Positions 9,101-18,213 of a stretch of DNA of 64,000 bases are shown here, in pieces; position 1 is the stretch's first letter; each line of letters opens with the position of its first letter. The position numbers were made by a program, and so were the translations under genes. The stretch spans positions 1,041-65,040 of the forward strand of contig CALBPV010000005.1 of the NCBI GenBank assembly GCA_937899265.1, given 5' to 3'. A model generated the notes under the pieces. It had not been told where the DNA came from, made no database searches, and worked only from the letters and a program-made list of their open reading frames with translations. Origin of the DNA: an uncultured Bacteroidales bacterium (GTDB lineage: Bacteria > Bacteroidota > Bacteroidia > Bacteroidales > UBA3663).

Positions 9101-9539
9101 CGTGAACTGCAACTTCCGTATCGGTCAGAAAGTGATTAACTCGGCCCGTATGAACCTCGAGTCAATGTACGGAACGGCCAACCAAAGCACCGCCGTTCTG
9201 CAGCGCTGGCGCAAGGTGGGCGACGACACCGATATTCCCCGCGCCCTCTACGGCATGGGCTACAATTATTTGGGTTCCGACCGCTTTGTGGAGGATGCTT
9301 CCTATCTGCGCATCAAGACCATGTCCCTCTCCTGGGCCATGCCCAAGAAGTGGATGGACCGTGCAGGCTTGCAGTCATGCTCCATCTTCCTCACAGGCTA
9401 CGACCTCTTCACCTTCACGAGCTACTCGGGACAGAACCCCGAAGTAAGCCTTCCTTCCAAACCCACCAAGCTGGTTACCGACGGCAACACAACGCCCGTC
9501 AGCAAGCGTTTTGCCTGCGGTGTTAACCTGACTTTCTAA
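6159..9539 (+). CDS. SusC/RagA-family TonB-dependent outer-membrane transporter (pair 1).
   Basis: It has a carboxypeptidase-regulatory-like N-domain ('[21 protein letters not shown]') and a plug region ('[30 protein letters not shown]'). It is ~1100 aa, ends in a C-terminal aromatic ('VNLTF') and is followed by SusD. The start is uncertain: TTG 6147, ATG 6159/6162, TTG 6258 and ATG 6282 are all in frame. Confidence 0.9.
   Translation: [1126 protein letters not shown]
6171..6273 (+). repeat. 46-bp perfect direct repeat (6171-6216 and 6228-6273) separated by 11 bp.
   Basis: TTAGCGGACAAGGCCGTAAGCCTTAGACCTTTGACTTTTGTCTTTA occurs twice with a 57-nt period, in frame. If translated it gives [15 protein letters not shown] twice. 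Each copy contains a small AAGGC-cgtaa-GCCTT hairpin. Confidence 0.95.
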
Positions 9540-9549
9540 CGATTAACGA

Positions 9550-11235
9550 ATGCTAGAACTTATGAAAATCAAGAATATTTCGAAAGTGATTCTGTTTTCG
9601 TTGGCACTGCCCTTGTCACTCTCAAGCTGCAACGACTGGCTCAACCTCCTGCCCGACAATGAGCAGGTGACCGAAGACTACTGGCAGAGCAAGGAGGACG
9701 TGGAGAACGTGGTAGCCTCCGGCTATTACTACATGCGCAGTTTCGTCCCCACAGCCATCAAGTGGGGCGAGTTGCGCGGTGCCGACTTCTATAATGCGGG
9801 AACTGGCGAGGCTTCCAAAATGCAAGACTTCGACATGCTGCCCACCAACAGCCTCTGCAAATACGCCACCGTCTATCAGATTATCTCCATGGCCAACTCC
9901 GTGCTGAAATATGCACCCGAGGTACAGGCCAAAGACAACACCTATTATAAGTCGATGATGCAGTCCCACCTCTGTGAGGCTTACTTCCAGAGGGCCTGGG
10001 CCTACAGCATCCTTGTGAAGAACTACAAAGAGGTGCCCCTCATCGTCGATGCTTACGTGAACGACGATGCGGAGATGAACCTTCCCAAGGCCAGCGAAAG
10101 CATGATTATCGCCCAGATAAAGGCCGATGTGGAAGCAGCCATCGCCACCGGTGCAGCCAAGGGAACTTACGAGGTCGATTGGCAGACCAAGGGTCGTGCA
10201 ACCAAGTGGGCTCTCTATGCCCTCATGGCCGACATCTGTCTCTGGAACCACGACTACGACGAGTGCATCGCTTATGCCAACCGCATTCTCGAAGCCTCCG
10301 ATGCCATCCGTCCCGCCTTCATCACCGACATGAACAGCTGGTACGAAATCTTCTATCCCGGGCTGTCCAACGAATCCATCTTCGAGCTATATTGGGACTA
10401 CAACACAGAAGGCTCCAACAACAATTTCTCCTCGCTCTTCCCAGAGTTGGGATTAACTATGATAGGCGGCTGCAACCTGACCGAATCCGTCAAAGAAAAG
10501 ATGATTCAGGAGACGGGCAATGTGTTGGCCAACCATTCCGACCTCACGCTCGACCAGCGTGTGGGACGCATGTATCTGGCATCCTACATCAGCAACAGCG
10601 CCAGTTGGAACGGTACGCAGTTTAACTGCGGCAACTCGCTTGCCATTTGGAAATACCGTGGCACCGATGTGGTCGATATGAACACCGTGCGCACCCACAT
10701 GGATGCCAATTTCATCCTCTACCGCGTGGCCGATATCATGCTGATGAAAGCCGAAGCCCTCGTTATGAAGGGACAGTCATCGTGGAAAGCAGCCGTCGAA
10801 ATGCTCAACCAAATCCGCAACCGTGCAGGTCTGCCTGATTTCGTGGATGCCAACGACCAGGATGCCATCAACGCCCTCGACCAATATACCCTGCTCTCCG
10901 AGGTTCTCGACCAGCGCGAGATGGAGTTCCTGGGCGAGGCTCACCGCTGGTACGACATCCTGCGTCTGGCACGCTACGATGCCAATTTCGCTCCCGAAGG
11001 AACCGTGGAGGCCAATACAGGCGAAAGCTACGAGACCTACAAGACCTCCGGCTTCGGCGACAACGTGTTCGCCTACAAGAACAAGGCTATCGAGCTGATA
11101 ACCACCTACAACCAGACCACCTCGCCCATGCAGCTGCAGTCCGTGCTCCAGAATTCCTGGGCCTGGTACCTGCCCCTGCCCGAGTCCGATATAACCACCA
11201 ACAGTAACCTGAAACAGAACCCTTATTATGAATAA
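9550..11235 (+). CDS. SusD/RagB-family nutrient-binding outer-membrane lipoprotein (pair 1).
   Basis: The lipobox is 'LSLSSC'. It lies directly after SusC. SusD-like helical motifs are present ('RAWAYSILVKNY', 'EMEFLGEAHRWYDILR'). An alternative start is the ATG at 9562. Confidence 0.85.
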   Translation: MLELMKIKNISKVILFSLALPLSLSSCNDWLNLLPDNEQVTEDYWQSKEDVENVVASGYYYMRSFVPTAIKWGELRGADFYNAGTGEASKMQDFDMLPTNSLCKYATVYQIISMANSVLKYAPEVQAKDNTYYKSMMQSHLCEAYFQRAWAYSILVKNYKEVPLIVDAYVNDDAEMNLPKASESMIIAQIKADVEAAIATGAAKGTYEVDWQTKGRATKWALYALMADICLWNHDYDECIAYANRILEASDAIRPAFITDMNSWYEIFYPGLSNESIFELYWDYNTEGSNNNFSSLFPELGLTMIGGCNLTESVKEKMIQETGNVLANHSDLTLDQRVGRMYLASYISNSASWNGTQFNCGNSLAIWKYRGTDVVDMNTVRTHMDANFILYRVADIMLMKAEALVMKGQSSWKAAVEMLNQIRNRAGLPDFVDANDQDAINALDQYTLLSEVLDQREMEFLGEAHRWYDILRLARYDANFAPEGTVEANTGESYETYKTSGFGDNVFAYKNKAIELITTYNQTTSPMQLQSVLQNSWAWYLPLPESDITTNSNLKQNPYYE

Positions 11236-13051
11236 GTTGTTATATATCCTTCTGGCAGTCTCTCTCTCCCTGTCATTCACGTCCTGCGACAAGGACCTTT
11301 GGAAGTTCGAAGACGAGAGCGAAGGCTCCTACAAGCCTGTTGAGGGCGACCCCATCTCGACAACGCTTGACAACAGCGGCGAGTTTTCCGAGTGGATCAA
11401 GGTACTCAACTACACCGATACCTACTCCATCCTGAACGCCCTCTACGACGGTTCGAACTCGGCCCACAAATACACGTTGTTTGCGCCTACCGACGAGGCT
11501 TTGAAGCGTTTCTACGCTGAAAAAGGCATCAGCGGCATTGAAGACTTGAGCGTGGAGTATGCCACAGCCCTTGTCAAGACGATGACCTACGACGGAGACT
11601 CGCTCAAACTCACCGAGAAGTTTGCAGCCGATATCACAAGCCTCGCCTACGTCAGCGAGGCCGGTGAGACACTTTATCTCCGTGTCAATACCGAGGGCGA
11701 AGGATTCACACTGCACAGCCAGTCGATTCAAGAAGCCATCGTCATCTCCCGCAACTATATCACCTGCGCCAACGGATTCGTCTATACCGCCGAGGGTGTG
11801 CTCTCGCCTCTGGTCGAGACAGTGTTCGACCGCATCAACGACGGCAGTTCCGACATCATGGTCGAGGCCCTCAAGGCAACCGGACTGGACAAGACTCTCT
11901 CGTTGGTGGCCGATACCACCTACACGCTGGGTATCCGTTCGTTCCACCAATATCGCTTCACTTTTCTGAATGTGACCGATGACGACTTCTCGCGCAACGG
12001 CATTTACAGCCTCTCCGACCTCAAAAAACAATTGGCCGCTACGGCAAGCGATGCCTCGGTGGGTCAGGACTCGCTTCTGAAACAATACCTGCAGTATCAC
12101 CTCTTCGAGGCTTCATACACTGCCTCCGACCTCGCCGAGATGGTGGGCAGCGACAGCGTACGCATCTGGGGAACCTCTGCTCCCAACCAGATTCTGATGA
12201 TACACCGTCACTCTCTGGCCGAGGTGCAGACAGTTCTCGATGACGGCACCGTCGAAACGGACACCATCTACTACGTCTCCTTCAATGACGACAACGACAG
12301 CTACGAGAAGGCCACTCTCAATTGGGAGGTTCCCGAGTACGGTCTCTCGGTGAATATCGGAGAGGCAACTTGCCTTTGGCGCACAGGACAAAATATTTTG
12401 GCCAAGAACGGCTATGTGCACAACATCTCCGACTGGATGCCCGTCTATGAGCCCAAACAGAGCACTGTAGTCTGGGATTTGGCCGACTACACCGAGGTTC
12501 GCAACGCGTTGGGTTTGCTCTACCACCCCGAAACAGTCGTTTCGAGCGAAAGCAAGACCGACCTCTCCCGGTTGGCTTGTTATACGGTGGAAAGCGGTCC
12601 CGACGGCACGTCCAACAACTCCTACTCGAGCCTGTGCTACGTGACCTGCAAATCGAATCTCAAGGACTGCCTCTACCACGACCGCGTGGTATTCAACGTG
12701 GGTTATCAGGGTTCTGTGACAATGCAGACCCCCACTCTGGTGAAGGGCAAATACAAGGTCACCATTTCGATGGCCTACCTGACGGAGCATTCTTTCATCC
12801 GTACTTCCAACGGCTGTAAGGGCGGCATGATGCGTCTCACGGTCGATGGGGAGAATCAGATTCTCACAGCCCCCTACACCTCCATCACCAAATCACTGGC
12901 CGGTGTCTATGAGGCTACGCTCTACGATGAGTTGGAGTTCGACGAGACTGCCAGCCACACTTTCAAATTTGTCGTTATGGATCCTGCTGCTTCCACCAAC
13001 TCGAAGTTCAGCCTCCAGTTCGATGCGATTACATTCACCCCAATTGAATAA
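11228..13051 (+). CDS. Fasciclin (FAS1) domain lipoprotein with a C-terminal beta-sandwich-like module.
   Basis: The lipobox is 'LSFTSC', and the FAS1 motif is 'YTLFAPTDEALKRFYAEKGISGIEDL'. It overlaps the SusD stop by 8 nt (ATGAATAA). Confidence 0.75.
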   Translation: MNKLLYILLAVSLSLSFTSCDKDLWKFEDESEGSYKPVEGDPISTTLDNSGEFSEWIKVLNYTDTYSILNALYDGSNSAHKYTLFAPTDEALKRFYAEKGISGIEDLSVEYATALVKTMTYDGDSLKLTEKFAADITSLAYVSEAGETLYLRVNTEGEGFTLHSQSIQEAIVISRNYITCANGFVYTAEGVLSPLVETVFDRINDGSSDIMVEALKATGLDKTLSLVADTTYTLGIRSFHQYRFTFLNVTDDDFSRNGIYSLSDLKKQLAATASDASVGQDSLLKQYLQYHLFEASYTASDLAEMVGSDSVRIWGTSAPNQILMIHRHSLAEVQTVLDDGTVETDTIYYVSFNDDNDSYEKATLNWEVPEYGLSVNIGEATCLWRTGQNILAKNGYVHNISDWMPVYEPKQSTVVWDLADYTEVRNALGLLYHPETVVSSESKTDLSRLACYTVESGPDGTSNNSYSSLCYVTCKSNLKDCLYHDRVVFNVGYQGSVTMQTPTLVKGKYKVTISMAYLTEHSFIRTSNGCKGGMMRLTVDGENQILTAPYTSITKSLAGVYEATLYDELEFDETASHTFKFVVMDPAASTNSKFSLQFDAITFTPIE

Positions 13052-13065
13052 GCAAACATTGTCCT

Positions 13066-14895
13066 ATGAAAAAATATCTTTATCAAGCATCATTGCTGGC
13101 GATGACCCTGTCGGCCGTTGTACTGACGGGTTGCAACAATCTGTCTGACGATGATTATTTCAAAGACACCGATGTGGATAATACGAATGTCGAGGTGCTT
13201 TCGACCAACCAAACGGTGGCCGAATACATTCAGGGACGTTCTGATTTCTCGCAGATGTCTGCCCTCTTTGAGAAGGAAGGCATCTACGAGGAGATGCCAT
13301 CGTCGGGCGAGCTCCACACCGTGCTCGTGGTCAGCAATCTCAACTTCCAAAGTCCCGAGGACGAAGATGCCAACGTCGTGGCTCGCAGTCATGTGACCAA
13401 TATCTCGGTAGCTCCCTCCAAGCTCAACTCGGGAGACCGTCTGCTCATGTGGCACAACAAATATGTGACCGTCACCCTCGACGAACAGGCCGCTGCAGGC
13501 AACCTCATCGGCCACGCCCTCTTCAACAGCAGCACACTCACCGAAGTCATCAAAGCAGAAGACGGCTACATCTACGTCATCTCCTCCCTCATTGAGACAC
13601 CCACGTCCCTCCAGGACTACATCAACGAGCTCGACGATGCCCGCTACAGCATCTTCAAGGACATGGTGCTCTCTTCCGGCGGCAAGGAGTTCGACAGAGC
13701 CAACTCGAAAGTGGTAGGCGTCGATGCCAACGGCAACACCATCTACGACTCTGTCTTCATCTACACCAACGAGTTCTTCGACGCCAAGAACTTCAACCTC
13801 TCGAGCGAAGCCCTCAAGGCCACCATGTTCGTGTTCAGCAACGATGTGATTAACGAGGCTCTCAAAGAGGCACGCCAGACACTCCATGAGTGGGACTACG
13901 ACCACAAAACGGTGCTCTTACGCAACGGTTCGCTCGACAGCGTCTATGTGGGCTATTCGTCCGACAAGGACCTCGAGGATTGGATTCTCAAAGCCGCCTT
14001 CTTCAACAAGGTATATAGTGCGGCCGATTTGACGCCTAACCTCAGTGCCGAAGATCCCACCGACAACGACATCAAGTCCATCTACAACATCCAATGGCGC
14101 ACCTCCGTCCAGGAGCTCGACCTCGACAATCCCGTCACGCTTTCCAACGGTGTGGCCTACGAGGTCAAGTCGTTCAAGATTCCCAACAACCGCCTCATCT
14201 ATCGTCTGCATGAGGAGTTCCGCTACTACGAGCAGTGCGATGCCGACCAAAAGGGACTCTTCTTCAAGACCGACAACCTCGCCAACTTCAAGGTTTCGAC
14301 CAACGAGGTGGCTCCCTGGACTCCCCTCTCGGGCGTATGGCCCGAACACGGCGACAGTCCGCTCACCTGCAAAGTGGCCGATGCTACGGTGGCACATTTC
14401 CAGATGGACTTCACGCCGCTCTACAGCCGAGCCAACAGCGAAGGAGGATTCGACGTGGGTGCCATGATGGTACCTCCCGGAACCTATCGTATGGCAATGG
14501 GCTTCAAACAGGGCATGACCGGCATAAGCGTACAGTTGTTCGCCGTGGCCGAAGGCGGTGAAGAGGAAGAGTGCGGCAACAAGGTCGATTTGACTTTGGC
14601 CGACGGCTCCACTACCTACCACTACGACCGAGGTGCCACGCTTTCGAACGCTTTGCCCGAATATTACGACAAAAACGACGAACGTCTCACCGCCGGCAGC
14701 AAGAATCCGTACTACTGGACCGACGGCGGACCCGTCTATACTGAAGTCACCATTCCCGCTGTGAACGGTCAGAATGCCGCAGGACGCGACAGAGCTGTCC
14801 AGCTGCTCATCCGCATGACCAGTGAAAACGGAACGACCGCCGGCACGCTCACCTTCAACCATTGGTGTCTGCGCCCCACAGCCAATAACTATTGA
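13066..14895 (+). CDS. Surface lipoprotein, degenerate FAS1-like N-terminus, function unknown.
   Basis: The lipobox is 'VVLTGC'. The N-terminal region ('VAEYIQGRSDFSQMSALFEKEGIYEE...LHTVLVVSNLNF') has only weak FAS1 resemblance. Coding quality is good and the gene lies inside the PUL. Confidence 0.5.
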   Translation: MKKYLYQASLLAMTLSAVVLTGCNNLSDDDYFKDTDVDNTNVEVLSTNQTVAEYIQGRSDFSQMSALFEKEGIYEEMPSSGELHTVLVVSNLNFQSPEDEDANVVARSHVTNISVAPSKLNSGDRLLMWHNKYVTVTLDEQAAAGNLIGHALFNSSTLTEVIKAEDGYIYVISSLIETPTSLQDYINELDDARYSIFKDMVLSSGGKEFDRANSKVVGVDANGNTIYDSVFIYTNEFFDAKNFNLSSEALKATMFVFSNDVINEALKEARQTLHEWDYDHKTVLLRNGSLDSVYVGYSSDKDLEDWILKAAFFNKVYSAADLTPNLSAEDPTDNDIKSIYNIQWRTSVQELDLDNPVTLSNGVAYEVKSFKIPNNRLIYRLHEEFRYYEQCDADQKGLFFKTDNLANFKVSTNEVAPWTPLSGVWPEHGDSPLTCKVADATVAHFQMDFTPLYSRANSEGGFDVGAMMVPPGTYRMAMGFKQGMTGISVQLFAVAEGGEEEECGNKVDLTLADGSTTYHYDRGATLSNALPEYYDKNDERLTAGSKNPYYWTDGGPVYTEVTIPAVNGQNAAGRDRAVQLLIRMTSENGTTAGTLTFNHWCLRPTANNY

Positions 14896-14918
14896 ACATA
14901 TAAACAGGTATAACAGAT

Positions 14919-17900
14919 ATGAATGTCTTAAAATCTATCCTTTGCAGCGCTGCACTCTGCTCGAGCTTGGCTTTGGCCCAGACATCGGAAACATATACGG
15001 TGAGCGGCGTGATTCTCAACGATCAGTTGCAACCGGTGGCTGACGCTATCGTCTCATGCCCCGGTCACGGACTGGTGCGCACCGAGGCTGACGGCAAGTT
15101 CGAGCTGAAGGATGTCGGAAAATGGAGCGCTGTGCGTGTCCAGGCTCAGGGATTCTACAACAAAGAGTTCCATGTGGTGGAGAACGCCGACAACCTCAAC
15201 GTTTATCTCATCGGAAAGGATAAGCGTCAGTACAACCAGACTGTCCTTAACGGCATGGCCGAAAACAGCGAAGGCGTTGAAAGCTCATTCGGCACCCAGA
15301 ATATCGCCAAAAAGGACCTCAGCCTCGGTGCAGTAGGTCTGGACAAAGCCCTTCAAGGACAGTTCACAGGTCTGCAGATAACACAGAAGTCAGGCATGAC
15401 GGGTGAAGGTTCAAATCTCCAGTGGCGAGGCATCCGCAGTTTCGTCGCCGAGACCAATCCCCTCATCGTCATCAACGGCGTGCCCTATATGCCCGACCTC
15501 CAGGAGTCATCGCTCATTCAGGGCTACTCGCGCAGCATCTTCCAGTCCATCAATCCTCAGGATATCGCCAACGTGACACTCCTCTCCGGTGCTGAAGCTT
15601 CGGCATGGGGTTCTCTCGGTTCCAACGGCGTGCTCCTCATTGAGACGGACGGTGCCAAGAGCGATGACCTCAACACTCGCGTCAGCTTCACGGGCAGTTT
15701 CGGCCTCAATTGGCAGACCAACAAACTGCCCCTCATGAACGCGTCGGCCTACAAGTCCTACCTCTCCGACATCGCGATGGACTACTACAAGAACGACATG
15801 GGCGCCTTCTTCTCCGACTTCGGATTTATGTCGTCGGCTTCGGCCAACATGGCCCACCTCTATGCGTTCAACACCGACTGGCAGGATGAAATCTTTGACA
15901 ATTCCATGACCCACGACTATCTCTTCCGTGTGGAAGGTGGAGACGCTATTGCCAAGTACGACATCGCCCTCGGCTACACAGGCGACCAGGGAACGCTCAC
16001 CGACACCAAGTCAGACCGCTTCCACGCCCAGATCAACGCCAACGTCCTGATAAGCAAGAAATGGGAGATGAACGCCAACATCAATCTGGCCTACCTCACC
16101 GGCAGCTATCAGGAACAGGGCTACAGCCTCGAGACCAATCCTCTCCTTGCTGCCTACCGGCGTTCGCCGCTCCTCTCGCCCTATCAGTCGAGCACCATTC
16201 CTTCCGAGGACGGCACCTATGCCCTCATCAACAAGTACTCGAGCTACTACCTCGGTTCGGTACAGAACACTGACTTCATCGTTTCCAACCCCGTCTCTCT
16301 CGTCAATACGGTCGATGGTTCCGTGCGCCAATATGATATGAACTCACGCATACAGGCTGTCTATAAGCCCACCAACGACTGGACGCTGGCTGCTACCATA
16401 GGTCTCTACACCAACTTCGACAAGGAGAAACTCTTCGTGCCGGGCAAGGACAACAGCGACATCGTGCCGCGTTTCGACAACTACGGCAAGTCCGAAAACA
16501 CCGTCAAGGTCGGCGAGGCTACTGTCTTCAACCTCTACTACGGCGCAAATGCCCGCTACCAGCACACATGGAACCGCCGTCACAGCCTCGATGCGCGCGC
16601 CGGATTCCAGGTACTCCGCACCAAGACGGAATACGATATGGCTACGGGACGCAACACGGCCAACGACTACTATCAGACCATGGGCGACACTCAGTCTGTC
16701 GGCAAATACATCGACGGATACAACAACAAGTGGAACTGGCTCAACGGATATGTGCAGGCCCAATACACCTTCGGCAACCTTGTGCGTGCCGGTTTGGTGG
16801 CTTCTGTGGACGGTGCCAGCTCCGTGGGTTCCGATGCCACACGTGTTGCAGTCTATCCCGGTGCCAACGTCGGACTCATGCTCGCCAACTGGAAAGGCAT
16901 CCGTACCGCCGACTGGCTCGACCGCCTCGATGTCTTTGCCGACTACGACGTAACGGGCAACAGCCGCTACTCGTCCAAGTTCGGAAAGTATTACTACACG
17001 TCTCAGCCCTATCAGACCATCGCCGGTATCGTACGTGCCAACGTACCCAACACCGAACTGAAGACCGAGACGGACTATTCCTTCCAGGCCGGCATTGATA
17101 TGGCCTGGCTCCAGAACCGTTTCGGAATCCGCGCAGCATGGTTCAACACCCGCGCCAAGGATGTTCTCATGCTGGGACGAAACTCCTCGGCACTCGGTAC
17201 CTCGCCCTACTACTGCAACGACGGCGAGATTGTGAGCAAAGGACTCGAACTGCGTTTCAGCGTCGTACCTGTCCGTACTCGCGACTGGACATGGACGCTC
17301 AACGTCCAGACCACACACGTGAAGAACTCTGTCGAGAACCTCGGCTCTCTGTCTCAGTTCATCACCTCGCTCAGCGACGGCGGTGAGATTATTTCCAAAG
17401 TCGGCGAGAATCCATACGCTTTCTATGGCTACCGCACACGGGGTGTCTATAGCACCTCCGCGGATGCCGCTGCCACCGGTCTTGTCAACCGCAACGGTGT
17501 GGCCTACAAGGCAGGCGATGTGATTTATGTCGATCAGAACAACGACGGCATCATCAACGATGCCGACAAAGTGGTGCTCGGAAGCTCCACGCCCGATGTC
17601 TTCGGCTCCGTCTTCACGAGCCTGCAATACAAGGGTTGGACGCTCGACCTCAACTTCGTCTTCAGCGACGGTAACGAGGCCTACAATGCCACCCGCCGCA
17701 TCACCGAGTCATCGTCCGATTTTGCCAACCAGTCCAAGTCGGTTATGCGCCGCTGGCAGAACGAAGGCGATGTCACCGACATGCCGCGTGCCAACTACCG
17801 AGACATCATCGGCAACAACGAAATGAGTGACCGCTTTGTCGAGGACGCTTCCTACATCAAGCTTCGCGATGTAACCCTCTCTTACTCCTGGAACAAGAAA

Positions 17901-18083
17901 CTCTGGAATTTCATCCGCGGCGGCAGCATCTATCTCTCCGGCCAGAATCTCTTGTGTATCACCAAGTATCTCGGAACCGACCCCGAATTCGCCTACAGCA
18001 ACGCCTCCTCTATGATGGGCGTCGATTATGGCAAGGTCGCTCTCCCCAAGAGTGTGAAAATCGGTGTGAATTTGCAATTCTGA
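14919..18083 (+). CDS. SusC/RagA-family TonB-dependent outer-membrane transporter (pair 2).
   Basis: The signal peptide ends 'SLALAQ'. It has a carboxypeptidase-regulatory-like domain ('[20 protein letters not shown]') and a plug motif ('[27 protein letters not shown]'). The C-terminus is 'VNLQF' and SusD follows. Confidence 0.9.
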   Translation: [1054 protein letters not shown]

Positions 18084-18086
18084 TGC

Positions 18087-18135
18087 GAAACTTGAAACCT
18101 GAAACTTGAAACCTGAAACCTGAAACTTGAAACCC
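18087..18135 (+). repeat. Tandem heptamer array, 7 units of GAAACTT/GAAACCT.
   Basis: Units start at 18087, 18094, 18101, 18108, 18115, 18122 and 18129, with the pattern T,C,T,C,C,T,(CC). The array begins 4 nt after the SusC stop (18081-18083). Confidence 0.95.
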
Positions 18136-18196
18136 TTCCCCCTTCCCCCTCCCCCTTCCCTTCAGGGGAGGGCTGGGGAGAGGCCGGGGGTAGGCT
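18136..18196. repeat. C-rich/G-rich imperfect palindromic element (family member 2) with a canonical G4 motif.
   Basis: The stem is CCCTTCCC-TTCA-GGGGAGGG (18153-18172). The right arm, GGGG-a-GGG-ct-GGGG-agaggcc-GGGGG, meets the (G3+N1-7)4 rule, and the left arm is C-tract rich. It ends in GGTAGGCT like member 1. Confidence 0.8.
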
Positions 18197-18210
18197 GAAA
18201 CTTGAAACTC
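18197..18210 (+). repeat. Two further heptamer units (GAAACTT GAAACTC) on the far side of the GC element.
   Basis: Read directly. They end 3 nt before the ATG at 18214. Confidence 0.85.
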
Positions 18211-18213
18211 ATT

